A DNA stretch of 45,396 nt from a virus. The translations under genes and the position numbers were made by a program. The number at the start of each line of letters is the position of its first letter. The first letter of the stretch is position 1. Under the pieces are notes generated by a model that worked only from the letters and a program-made list of their open reading frames with translations, was not told the origin of the DNA and did no database searches. Positions 17,364 through 26,842 of the stretch are shown piece after piece. The DNA lies in the IMG/VR virus record IMGVR_UViG_3300045988_083430, one strand, 5' to 3'.

Positions 17364-18883
17364 TGACATTTCCCTTTACAGGTAAATTCAAAGTAACGGC
17401 TATTTTTGGTGCTTCAGACCAAGAGCTGTGGGCAAATAACGGGCATGAAGGAATTGACTTCGCTTCTCAAGGAGATAAAACAATCATATCAGTCACTGAA
17501 GGAACTGTTGGTTGGGTAAAACGTTCCAATAAAGGTTTTGGAAATCATGTATGGGTAAAGAATGACGACGGTTATGGTTGCATTTATGCTCACATGAGTT
17601 CAATCCTCGTTAAAGCTGGTGATAAGGTTGGTGCTGGAACAGCTCTTGGTATTCAAGGTGCTACAGGAAATGTAACTGGTCCACACCTTCACTTTGAGGT
17701 TCATGCTTCGCATACATTCTACTATCATAGGGATTTGATAAATCCAGCCAATTACTTAGGCATAAACACGTATGGCCTTCTCGGTAAGGTATTCACAGGT
17801 GGCGGAGCTATAACATATCCTGAACATAATAGTTATGTAGATAATGGCTCTTATGATTCAGATATAGGTGGAGGTAACGACGGAACAACAGGTTCACTCG
17901 ATCAAAGCTTTATTGAAGCCATCGTTAATTCTCCGTTGTATAAAGTAATTGGTGACCCAGTTTACGGTGATATACTTTACGGTAGAAAATACAGGGTGCT
18001 GATTGCTGATTCAAACAATAATTCAATTGATGTTTCAAATCTTAGGTGCACATTTGAGATTAAGAAAACTGCTTATGCAGAAGTAAATTATAGTATTGTT
18101 ACTATTTATAATTTGTCAGCGCAAACAGAATCGCAGATGATGACCACAGCAAAACGAGTTGTTGTTGAAGCAGGATATGTAACAGGCCAATATGGAACGA
18201 TATTCGATGGTTTCGTATTTCAGGCGATACGTGGTAAGGAGAACGGCACTGATTATTATCTTAAGTTTATTTGTCTGGATAGTTCGAGATATTTGGACGA
18301 AGCTGTTGTTAATTTGTCTCTTACAAATTATGCTACTATGCGTCAGGTTGTTTATAACTGCACTAAAGCTTCGACAGAGACGATAAATCTTGGACAAATT
18401 CAAGTTCCTAATGTTTCATACCCGAGAGGAAAAGTTCTATTCGGTATGGCAAAGGAATATATGAATCAAATAGCTCGTTCAGGTAATGCTACATTTTACT
18501 GCGATGATGGCAAAGCTAACATTGTGGCTGCAGCTTCTGTTCCATCAACTGAGGTAATTGAGCTTGGTCCTGATTCTGGTTTGATTGGAGTCCCTGAACA
18601 GTTTCAATATGGTGTAAGATGTAAATGCTTGCTTAATCCAAATATTCGGTTGGCTTCACTTTACAGATTGGATAATTCCAAAATAATTGCAGCTCAAAGA
18701 ACTCTTAAAGAAAATCTATCTGAAACATTCTATAAATTAGATACAGAAGGTTTATATAGAGTATTTGCTATAACCTATATAGGTGACACCAGAGGTCAGG
18801 ACTGGTATATGGAAATTGATAGTGTTGCTCAAGCTGGCGAACTTCCTGGCTTTATGCAGAGCTATATTGATTATGGGGTGTAA
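17360..18883 (+). CDS. Baseplate hub protein (gpD/XkdQ-like) with an N-terminal M23 peptidase domain
   Basis: HEGIDFA (HxxxD) and GPHLHFEV (HxH) in the first ~130 aa. The remaining ~370 aa has hub-like features (VTIYNLS, VVVEAGY..GTIFDG). Confidence 0.7.
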   Translation: MMTFPFTGKFKVTAIFGASDQELWANNGHEGIDFASQGDKTIISVTEGTVGWVKRSNKGFGNHVWVKNDDGYGCIYAHMSSILVKAGDKVGAGTALGIQGATGNVTGPHLHFEVHASHTFYYHRDLINPANYLGINTYGLLGKVFTGGGAITYPEHNSYVDNGSYDSDIGGGNDGTTGSLDQSFIEAIVNSPLYKVIGDPVYGDILYGRKYRVLIADSNNNSIDVSNLRCTFEIKKTAYAEVNYSIVTIYNLSAQTESQMMTTAKRVVVEAGYVTGQYGTIFDGFVFQAIRGKENGTDYYLKFICLDSSRYLDEAVVNLSLTNYATMRQVVYNCTKASTETINLGQIQVPNVSYPRGKVLFGMAKEYMNQIARSGNATFYCDDGKANIVAAASVPSTEVIELGPDSGLIGVPEQFQYGVRCKCLLNPNIRLASLYRLDNSKIIAAQRTLKENLSETFYKLDTEGLYRVFAITYIGDTRGQDWYMEIDSVAQAGELPGFMQSYIDYGV

Positions 18884-18885
18884 AT

Positions 18886-19572
18886 ATGGCTGTTAGAATT
18901 ACAGACTTGGTTCCAACTGAAGAGGAGACCCAAGCTAAAAAGGAACGATCAATAATGTTTAAGTTGAAAGTTTCTTTCCCTGCTAAGGTTACTTCAGTCA
19001 ACAAAAATGGCACAGTTAATATTCAGCCAGTAATCAGAGAAAAACTGCTATCAAGTTCAAATAGGGTAAGCTATGTAAATCTCCCTATTATTCCCAACGT
19101 TCCTATTTGCTGGCCATCTGCAGGAGGTTATTCAATAACATTCCCAATCAATATTGGTGATGAATGCTTGGCTGTTATTTCTGACCAATCATTTGATAAC
19201 TGGTGGCTGTATGGTGGAGTTCAAAATCCTATTGAGTATCGTAGGCATGACCTAACAGATGCTATTGCTATATTTGGTCCTAAGTCAATTCCTAATACTT
19301 TACCAGGACCGCAAGGATTAACTCTAAGAGGTCCCAAAGGCAAGGGTATAGAAATACTCAAAGATGGCTCAATAAACATTCTGAGTGGTACTGGTGCTTC
19401 TCTGGTGATAAAAGGGAACAACATCACGGCGAAGGTTGGAAGTTCATCATTACAGGTTACTTCGGAAGGTGTAGTAATCAAAGGTAAGCTTACAGTTGAT
19501 GATATTGAATTTAAGGAACATAAGCATACAGCTCCTGCAGGCGGAGGAGAGACAAGTGGGGTGATTACATGA
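18886..19572 (+). CDS. Central spike / baseplate assembly protein V-like (gp138-N-like)
   Basis: FPAKVTSVNKNGTVNIQPVI OB-type N-terminus. C-terminal beta-repeats and an HKHTAP apex motif. Confidence 0.6.
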   Translation: MAVRITDLVPTEEETQAKKERSIMFKLKVSFPAKVTSVNKNGTVNIQPVIREKLLSSSNRVSYVNLPIIPNVPICWPSAGGYSITFPINIGDECLAVISDQSFDNWWLYGGVQNPIEYRRHDLTDAIAIFGPKSIPNTLPGPQGLTLRGPKGKGIEILKDGSINILSGTGASLVIKGNNITAKVGSSSLQVTSEGVVIKGKLTVDDIEFKEHKHTAPAGGGETSGVIT

Positions 19573-19928
19573 AATATCGAAAGCTTGATAGTAAAGGTGA
19601 TTATTCCTTTGGCTCTGGCTTTTCAGATTTTATTTATGATAAAAACGTCATTGCTCAAGCTATTAAAACAAAAATTTTGCTGTTTTATGGTGAATGGTGG
19701 GAGCAGATAGATGACGGTATTCCAATGTTTCAATCAATACTTGGTGCCTATGATACTGAAACAGTTAAGCTAGCTTCAAATAGGCTGATGATTGATCGTA
19801 TTCGCCAGGTCGATGGAGTTACAGATGTTTCTGAAGCTAAAACAAATGTTATTGGTCGAAAGCTGTATTTAAGCTACAGAGTAGATACAATTTATGGACA
19901 AATAGAAGGAGGTGTTGAGGTTGGCTGA
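19569..19928 (+). CDS. Baseplate wedge protein (gp25/W position)
   Basis: 119 aa between the spike and the J-like gene. Assignment is by position only. Confidence 0.4.
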   Translation: MKYRKLDSKGDYSFGSGFSDFIYDKNVIAQAIKTKILLFYGEWWEQIDDGIPMFQSILGAYDTETVKLASNRLMIDRIRQVDGVTDVSEAKTNVIGRKLYLSYRVDTIYGQIEGGVEVG

Positions 19929-21105
19929 TACATATACTGCTCCATATATTGACGATGCAGGACTTCATATTCCTACATATGCTTCAATATTGGAACAGCT
20001 TGTAGATGATATGAAAACCATTTTTGGTTCAGATATTTATCTTGAAAATGATTCAATGGACTATCAGCAGCTTTCAATCCATGCAAGATTCATTTATGAT
20101 ACATATCTGGCACTTCAGATGGCATACTCAAGCAGGTCTCCTGCTTATGCAGTCGGTGTTGCTTTGGATTCGCTTTCTCCTTTGTTTGGTGTATATCGAA
20201 TTCCGGCAACTAAATCAAATGTAGAACTTACAATCACAGGTGAAAGTGGAACAATTCTTAATCACTGTGTTGCTTCTGATAGCTCGGCTAATAAATGGAT
20301 TATTCCTGACGGTACAACTATTCCTGATACTGGTGCTATTACGATTCAGTGTGAATCTGAGGAATACGGAAGAATCCTTTCAGCTGCTAATACAATTACA
20401 AATATTGATACTCCTGTTTATGGTTGGCTTTCTGTAACTAATAATTCACCTTCTACTCCCGGTGTTGATACAGAAACAGATGCTTCGCTTAGAGCTAGAA
20501 TGTTTAATGCTTCGTTTGCTCCTGCTTATTCAATTCTTGAAGGCATGATTTCAACGTTGAATAATATAACAGGCGTAACAAGAGTTGTTGGCTACGAAAA
20601 CGACCAGGACACGGCTGATGCGAATGGTATTCCTCCTCATTCAATTTGTATTGTTGTGGATGGAGGAAAAGACGAGGATATTGCTACTCAGATTTACATG
20701 AAGAAAACGCCTGGTGTTGGCACATATGGTACTACATCAGTTGATGTTACTTCAATTTACGGCAATCAGAACACAATTAAGTTTTATCGTCCCACAGCTA
20801 CTCCGGTATATTTCAAGATTGGAATTAAGCAGTTGCCTGGATATAATCCTGAAGTTCTTAATACAATCAAGGAAAAGCTGAATGAATATCTGGACACACT
20901 TCAGATTGGTGATGCTATTTATAATTCTTCTGTCTGGGGCGTAATACTTTCAGCACAATCTGCTCTGAATAATCCTACATTTGCTATTACTTCAGTTCAG
21001 ATGTCTACTGATGGTACAACATATTCAACAAACGATATTACATGTGCTTTTAATGAGTATCATAAAACAGATAATGATAAAATCACTATTACAGTGACGC
21101 AGTGA
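19921..21105 (+). CDS. Baseplate J-like protein
   Basis: About 394 aa at the expected position. TTG at 19921 lies 8 nt after AGGAGG; the track ORF opens at GTG 19912. Confidence 0.55.
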   Translation: MADTYTAPYIDDAGLHIPTYASILEQLVDDMKTIFGSDIYLENDSMDYQQLSIHARFIYDTYLALQMAYSSRSPAYAVGVALDSLSPLFGVYRIPATKSNVELTITGESGTILNHCVASDSSANKWIIPDGTTIPDTGAITIQCESEEYGRILSAANTITNIDTPVYGWLSVTNNSPSTPGVDTETDASLRARMFNASFAPAYSILEGMISTLNNITGVTRVVGYENDQDTADANGIPPHSICIVVDGGKDEDIATQIYMKKTPGVGTYGTTSVDVTSIYGNQNTIKFYRPTATPVYFKIGIKQLPGYNPEVLNTIKEKLNEYLDTLQIGDAIYNSSVWGVILSAQSALNNPTFAITSVQMSTDGTTYSTNDITCAFNEYHKTDNDKITITVTQ

Positions 21106-21114
21106 GGTGATTAA

Positions 21115-21684
21115 ATGGCTATTGAAGTTCAGAATTATATAGACCTAATCACTTCAGAGTATTACAATAATCCTAAGTTTACTACAATGACTCGTAAGAT
21201 ATTGGAAAAGGATTATGCTTCAACTTCAATACTTGAGCATTTGTGGGACTATTTCAAACTTGATACAGCAACAGGTTCGCAGCTTGATGTAATAGGTCAA
21301 TATCTCAATATAACAAGGGAACTTCCTATTGACAGCTCTGTTTTACCTGATGTGCTTACAGATGACCTTTACAGGCTAGTTCTTAAAGCTAGAGTACTTC
21401 AATATCATTGGGATGGAACAATAGAGGGTATTTACAAAATAACTCGAGAGCTCCTTCCTAATACACTAATTTGGTTGGTAGACAATCAAGATGGCTCATA
21501 TCAGATGTTGCTAATGTCACCTAATTTTGATGATAAAATATCTGAGCTGTTTATTCTTGGTTATATTACTCCAAAACCTGCTGGCATTAAAGTTACTTAT
21601 ACATTGTTCGAAAAGCCGTTCTTCGCTTGGGATAAAGATGACCAATATTATAAAGGCTGGGATAATTCCGTATGGCTTAGATAA
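21115..21684 (+). CDS. Baseplate wedge / fibre adaptor (gpI position)
   Basis: 189 aa following the J-like gene. Confidence 0.35.
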   Translation: MAIEVQNYIDLITSEYYNNPKFTTMTRKILEKDYASTSILEHLWDYFKLDTATGSQLDVIGQYLNITRELPIDSSVLPDVLTDDLYRLVLKARVLQYHWDGTIEGIYKITRELLPNTLIWLVDNQDGSYQMLLMSPNFDDKISELFILGYITPKPAGIKVTYTLFEKPFFAWDKDDQYYKGWDNSVWLR

Positions 21685-21696
21685 GGAGGTGTTCAT

Positions 21697-22545
21697 ATGG
21701 GTCAAAATAAACTGTTACCATTTAATCCAAATAATCAGAATATCCTCACTGATGCTGCTTATCAAGCTAGCTCGGAGCGATTGAATGGTAATACGAAAGG
21801 TTCAACAGCAAACTCTGAGTTGGTAAATAAAGCTCTAAAACAGGCTGGAGCAGTGGCTAATGCAATCGGACAAATTGTTACAATCAACAATGGACCTGAT
21901 GCTGATGATAGTAAACCTTCAGATATTGCTCTCGGTATGTTCCAGAACCTGAAGTCAACATATCATGCAAGCTTCGCGGTAGCCGACACAGGTGTTTGGA
22001 ACCTGACGATTGCAGATTCACTTACAACATCACAAACAGCTCCGACTCTAATGTATGGCATATTTGTTGCAATTACAGCTTCACCTTCTGACAATCAAAC
22101 AGTTAGTATCAATGGAGCTGCTGCTATTCCCGTTAAAATAAATGCAACAGATAATTTGAAAGCAGGAGATTTTACAGCTTCAACAACTAATCCTTTGCCT
22201 ATGTTGTTCCTGATTTCAAATAATGTAGCGTACCTTCAGATTTGGGTAAAGCATACTGACCAGATATTCCCTACTTATGGTACAACAACAGTTACAGGAG
22301 ATAGCTGGACTACAGTAGTTGAAGGCGAAACATTCAGTAAAGTTCTTAATATTGCTGGCGTATATGCTGATTCACTTGTAAATGTTCAGATTCCATATCA
22401 AACAATTAAGTTGTTTCTTGATAACTCAGTTTATGGTATGTATGCTTCAAATACAAATGGAACTGTAACGCTGTTTGTTCAAGCAGATGAAGCTCCAAAC
22501 TTTGAATTTAATATTCAATACACTATTGAAAAGTTCACATCATAA
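21697..22545 (+). CDS. Tail fibre protein
   Basis: 282 aa. N-terminus NSELVNKALKQAGAVANAIGQIV is typical of fibre shafts. Position after the baseplate genes. Confidence 0.5.
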   Translation: MGQNKLLPFNPNNQNILTDAAYQASSERLNGNTKGSTANSELVNKALKQAGAVANAIGQIVTINNGPDADDSKPSDIALGMFQNLKSTYHASFAVADTGVWNLTIADSLTTSQTAPTLMYGIFVAITASPSDNQTVSINGAAAIPVKINATDNLKAGDFTASTTNPLPMLFLISNNVAYLQIWVKHTDQIFPTYGTTTVTGDSWTTVVEGETFSKVLNIAGVYADSLVNVQIPYQTIKLFLDNSVYGMYASNTNGTVTLFVQADEAPNFEFNIQYTIEKFTS

Positions 22546-22558
22546 GGAGGTGTAGTTA

Positions 22559-22870
22559 ATGGGTATTCGTAGAGGTACTACACCGAAACTTACGTATCAG
22601 CTTGACATTCCTGTTTCAAACATTCAAGCTTTTAGAATTGCTTTTTCGCAATCATCTAATATATTGTTTGTATTGGACCAGGATTCACAAGAAGTGACAA
22701 CAGAAGATAACAAAATTATTGTTCATTTTACATCTGAACAAACTATGATGTTTACTGTTGGTATTGATGTTGATACACAAATCAGAGCAAAGGTAGCTGG
22801 TGAAACATATGCAACAGATATTTTCTCAGTTGACCCACTCTGCATTTTGGAGGACGGTGAATTGAATTGA
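22559..22870 (+). CDS. Hypothetical tail-fibre-region protein (103 aa)
   Basis: AGGAGG RBS and a long ORF. Confidence 0.5.
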   Translation: MGIRRGTTPKLTYQLDIPVSNIQAFRIAFSQSSNILFVLDQDSQEVTTEDNKIIVHFTSEQTMMFTVGIDVDTQIRAKVAGETYATDIFSVDPLCILEDGELN

Positions 22871-23136
22871 CATTAAATTGTAAATTGATTCCCGAACCCA
22901 AAACATTGTACATGAAATTTATTGAGGAACCGAGAATATTGTCGGCTAAACTTAATATTGAGAACTTAGTAGACCTCGAATATTATGACGGTCCATATAT
23001 CTCGATTCCCAATAAATTTGCTCAAACGTATTCAACAGCAAATAAGGTCATGAGAGAAGATTTTGTTGTTGACGAAATCCAATATGCTCAAGTAACAAAT
23101 CTCGCTGGTGGACTAACTACAACTATAGGAGGATAA
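22867..23136 (+). CDS. Hypothetical tail-fibre-region protein (89 aa)
   Basis: TTGA-overlapping TTG start. Alternative ATG at 22912, so the start is uncertain. Confidence 0.4.
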   Translation: MTLNCKLIPEPKTLYMKFIEEPRILSAKLNIENLVDLEYYDGPYISIPNKFAQTYSTANKVMREDFVVDEIQYAQVTNLAGGLTTTIGG

Positions 23137-23140
23137 TTAA

Positions 23141-23725
23141 ATGCCTGAAACTAAGTATACTTCAAAAGTAGTCTATTTTGGTGAAACGCTCATTGACTTG
23201 ACAAACGACACAGTTGAACCCAGCAAGCTCCTTAAGGGATTTACAGCTCACGATAAGTCTGGTGCTCCTATCGTAGGTACAAGCACATTTGACGCTGATA
23301 CTCAGGATGCTACAGCTGCAGCTGCTGAGATTCTTTCTGGTAAAACAGCTTATGTAAAAGGCTCAAAGGTAACTGGTTCAATGCCCAATAAAGGTGCAGT
23401 TGAAGGTTATATTTCTGATAAAACTCAGCCTTATATGATTCCCGCTGGTTATCATGATGGCGCTGGTTCAGTTGGTATCGCTTCTGCAGAAGCTGCTAAG
23501 CTGATTGCTTCTAATATTAAAGATGGCGTATCAATCCTCGGTGTTACTGGTACTTATGCTGGTGAACTTACAAAAGGCCAGACTAAGACGGTTACTCCTA
23601 CAAAGGATGGTTTTACTGTTACTCAAGATGAAGGTTATGATTATCTTGCTTCTGTAGTTGTTAATCCCATTCCTTATGCAGTTACAGATAATACTGCTGG
23701 TGGTCAGACAGTTACAATTGGTTAA
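23141..23725 (+). CDS. Tail fibre-like protein with three internal LxGxTAxxxxGxxIxGT-type repeats
   Basis: LLKGFTAHDKSGAPIVGT, ILSGKTAYVKGSKVTGS, NIKDGVSILGVTGT. N-terminus is paralogous to the next ORF. Confidence 0.5.
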   Translation: MPETKYTSKVVYFGETLIDLTNDTVEPSKLLKGFTAHDKSGAPIVGTSTFDADTQDATAAAAEILSGKTAYVKGSKVTGSMPNKGAVEGYISDKTQPYMIPAGYHDGAGSVGIASAEAAKLIASNIKDGVSILGVTGTYAGELTKGQTKTVTPTKDGFTVTQDEGYDYLASVVVNPIPYAVTDNTAGGQTVTIG

Positions 23726-23746
23726 CCTCATAATGGAGGTGATTAG

Positions 23747-24154
23747 ATGGCAGTAAATAAAGTAGTATATTCCGGTGATACACTTATGGATATAACAGAT
23801 ACTACAGCTACAGAAGATTCTGTTGTAAAAGGAAAAACATTTTATAAAGCAGACGGAACAAGGGCAATAGGTACAGCGGAATATGAACCATTGATAGTTA
23901 AATTCAATCGTACTTTAGCTCCAGCATCGTGGACTGCATACGGTAATTATTTTAGGCAAACTGTAATGGGTTCACAAGAAACAAACGCTAAATTCGATTT
24001 GCAGTTTGATATAGCACAATTAGAACAGCTTGCTAACGATGGTGTAACAGCTATTGTAGCAATAAATGAAGATGGAACTGTATATGTATATTGCACGGGA
24101 GCTAAACCATCTGCATCAATGCCTGTGCAAATTACAAAGACTCTCTTATATTAA
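23747..24154 (+). CDS. Small fibre-like protein sharing the N-terminal module of 23141-23725
   Basis: KVVYSGDTLMDITDTTATEDSVVKGKTFYKADGTRAIGT compared with KVVYFGETLIDLTNDTVEPSKLLKGFTAHDKSGAPIVGT. Confidence 0.5.
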   Translation: MAVNKVVYSGDTLMDITDTTATEDSVVKGKTFYKADGTRAIGTAEYEPLIVKFNRTLAPASWTAYGNYFRQTVMGSQETNAKFDLQFDIAQLEQLANDGVTAIVAINEDGTVYVYCTGAKPSASMPVQITKTLLY

Positions 24155-24167
24155 GGAGGTTAAATAG

Positions 24168-25459
24168 ATGAGTACAATTATTGGCAACGCTGTCACCATC
24201 GGAGGGGGGGCGCTAAGCTAAACATAGATTACGGTTCTACCCCTCCAACTGACACAACAAAACTATGGGTGCCTTTGGCGAAGAAACCGGATGCTGTTGA
24301 GTGTAGTCCTGTTTTGAATTATGGAAATGAATACACTGAGACAAAGAACTGGACAGTTGGTTTTTCTCAGCTTAGAAGTGACAATCCGCAAATGTGTTCG
24401 TACGGTAATTATATTTATTCTGTTTGCCCATTTATAGGTAGTCAGCAAAATGATATATATAGATATGATGTAACAACAGGAGAAAGAACGACTTTTTATT
24501 CAGACCTGGTTTACCAATATAGTGTACTCGCATTTACTGTTGGCAAATACATGTATACTTTTAACCATACTGTTGGAGCAGAATCTGAGTATGTAGATAA
24601 GTTTGATTTGGAAACAGGAGAAAAAACTATACTAAGAAATGTTTCTTATCCCTTTACAGGCACAGATACATACTATTTTTCAAGTGGTTGTGTTAGTGGA
24701 AATAAAATATTTCTTGTTGGTTCATATGTTGGAAGTATAAACTCTGCTACTGTATCAGTTTTCGATGTAACAACAGAAAAATTTACTTATCATGGAAATA
24801 TGCCAGTACAAGCTCAAGGAACCTATAAAGCAGCTTGTGTTGCAGTAGGAAGCAAAGTTTATGTATTTGGAGGCACAACAAGGGTATCATTTGACCCACG
24901 GAAGTCTATACAGACATTTGATGTTGATACGCAAGAATATACTCAGAATAACAATGTACTACCTTATATAGTGAACTATGTAAATAGGTGCTGTAGATTT
25001 GGTAACTATGCATATATCTTTGGAAATATAGATACTACTCTGTATCGAAAAAAGATAATTCGTGTAAATTTAGATACCTTGGTCGTTGATGTGCTTGAGC
25101 TTGAATTACACGCAGATAGAATATCAGCTTGCTGCGGATTTGTTGGTGATAAATTTTATCTTCTTGGGGGTTCTAATGCTTCTTCAGTAGAAACATTTAC
25201 GCAATCGACTGTTTTGCAACAAAATCATTTATTTCTACAAGCAGACTTTGGATTTAACAATCCATTCCCACTGATAAACGATAAAGGCGTAAAGATAACA
25301 GCATACTTGAGAAATGCCTACCTTGGTGACAGTAACAATATCGCACAATTAACAAACGCATATCTCTACGACAGCAAAGACCTCAAATGGAAATCCCTTT
25401 CCGGTGAAAGCTATGTAGCGGATATGCAGAACGCACTAAATATATTAGGGGTGAACTAA
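24168..25459 (+). CDS. Kelch-like beta-propeller receptor-binding candidate, copy 1. The reading frame is broken at a G7 tract (phase-variable, slippage-dependent, or a pseudogene/assembly error).
   Basis: AGGAGG-N8-ATG at 24168 gives MSTIIGNAVTIGGGALS*. The -1 frame continues AKLNIDYGSTPPTDTTKLWVPLAKKP... to 25459. Six GxxxYxFGG...D..T blades. Colinear with copy 2. Confidence 0.6.
24204..24210 (+). repeat. G7 homopolymer at the frame break of the receptor-binding gene
   Basis: ggaGGGGGGGcg. G8, or a -1 slip, restores TIGGGGAKLNIDYG. Confidence 0.9.
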
Positions 25460-25481
25460 ATACTCACCCCGGAAAGGGTGA
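25448..25481 (+). promoter_or_regulatory. Two mutually exclusive hairpins at the junction between receptor-binding copies 1 and 2
   Basis: ggggtga (25448-25454) can pair with tcacccc (25464-25470). Alternatively tcaccc (25464-25469) can pair with gggtga (25476-25481), just upstream of ATG 25484. Confidence 0.4.
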
Positions 25482-25483
25482 AT

Positions 25484-26842
25484 ATGAGTATTTTAGGAAA
25501 TCCTATTACGCTGGGTGGCGGTGGAGCTGATTTGAACATTGACTTTGGTTCCACACCTCCCACAGATACAAGTAAACTGTGGGTTCCGCTAGCGAAGAAA
25601 CCAAGCAATATTTCATTGCAGACCGGAGTTGATGTTGGTGATTTTGCTCTTAGGACTATTTCTGTTACAGATACTTCGGGTTCGGCATTTACAATTCCAG
25701 GTTTTTCGAGTGTAGCAGATGATGGTGAAAATGGGTGGCTATTTTTTGGTCATCAAGGTGGAGGAACATGGCAATATCCACAAGGAACAAAAAATGTATG
25801 GCATTTAAGTAATTCTGGCGTTTGTGAGTATCTTGGAGAGCTTTTAAGCTATCCGACTGTAGATGCGAAGTGTATTAGATATGGTAAATATATTTATATT
25901 TTTGGAGGCTATGATGTTTCATACTTATCAGCGTCCAAAAATTATCGTGGTTTGCCAATGATTCAGAAATACAATATAAAAGATAAAACATGTACTGTTA
26001 TTTGGCGTGTTGATAAAGAGACATACGAAAATTCTTGGACAGCTTCTTTAGGCGGCCCGTGGGTAAATACAAAAATTTGTATAATTAGCGGCAAAATTTA
26101 TTTAGTTGGTGGTAATGGCGATACAACTGAAACAATCAATGGCGTCAATGCCAGGTCTAATGTAGAAATTAGGGTGCTTAATCCTCTAAATGACGGATTT
26201 TCTTCCTCAACTGCTATTAGTGACTTACGTTCAATCTATATTCAAATTTCAGCAATAAGCGATAAAAAGATTGCAGCATCAGATAGTGGAGAAACATTTG
26301 GATGGCTTTATGATATTAAAAAAGCTACTGGAACTAAAACTATTCCTTATTATGCTGGACATGCTAGTCCCATTGCAAGCAATCAATCTATACCAATGTA
26401 TTATCAAGAGAATTCATTTACGCTGTCTACTGACGGCAAAGTATATAAATACTTGCCTGATGTAAACCAATTTGAAACAAATCCAACTGCAACAATAACT
26501 GCAACTATGCCGTCTTATAACTCTCCTCGAGGGTTTAATGATGGTAACGCTTTTTGGGGTGTCGGTACAAACTTCTACAACCTCGAGATGAAATCACCAC
26601 TTACCAACAACAATATGATTATTACTTTGGATATTCAAGGCACGGTATGGAAAGCATTGAACACTAAGGACACGCAAGCGAGTGTATATCCTATCAAGGT
26701 TTTGGTTGGCGATACCGATGGGTGGGCAGTACAAAAAGATGCTTACTTGTACGATACCACAACAAGCAAATGGACAAAGCTTGATGGTTCTTCTACCTAT
26801 CAAGATATGGTAAACGCACTTAATATTTTGGGGGTGAACTAA
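25484..26842 (+). CDS. Kelch-like beta-propeller receptor-binding candidate, copy 2
   Basis: MSILGNPITLGGGGADLNIDFGSTPPTDTSKLWVPLAKKP. GKYIYIFGGY and GKIYLVGGNG blades. C-terminus YLYDTTTSKWTKLDGSSTYQDMVNALNILGVN matches copy 1. Confidence 0.7.
   Translation: MSILGNPITLGGGGADLNIDFGSTPPTDTSKLWVPLAKKPSNISLQTGVDVGDFALRTISVTDTSGSAFTIPGFSSVADDGENGWLFFGHQGGGTWQYPQGTKNVWHLSNSGVCEYLGELLSYPTVDAKCIRYGKYIYIFGGYDVSYLSASKNYRGLPMIQKYNIKDKTCTVIWRVDKETYENSWTASLGGPWVNTKICIISGKIYLVGGNGDTTETINGVNARSNVEIRVLNPLNDGFSSSTAISDLRSIYIQISAISDKKIAASDSGETFGWLYDIKKATGTKTIPYYAGHASPIASNQSIPMYYQENSFTLSTDGKVYKYLPDVNQFETNPTATITATMPSYNSPRGFNDGNAFWGVGTNFYNLEMKSPLTNNNMIITLDIQGTVWKALNTKDTQASVYPIKVLVGDTDGWAVQKDAYLYDTTTSKWTKLDGSSTYQDMVNALNILGVN

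Noticed and set aside
24269-25459. Treating the track ORF (GTG start at 24269) as an independent intact gene
   Set aside because: No RBS precedes it. The 19 codons upstream in the same frame already match the paralog's N-terminus. The real initiation signal is AGGAGG-ATG at 24168, in the other frame.
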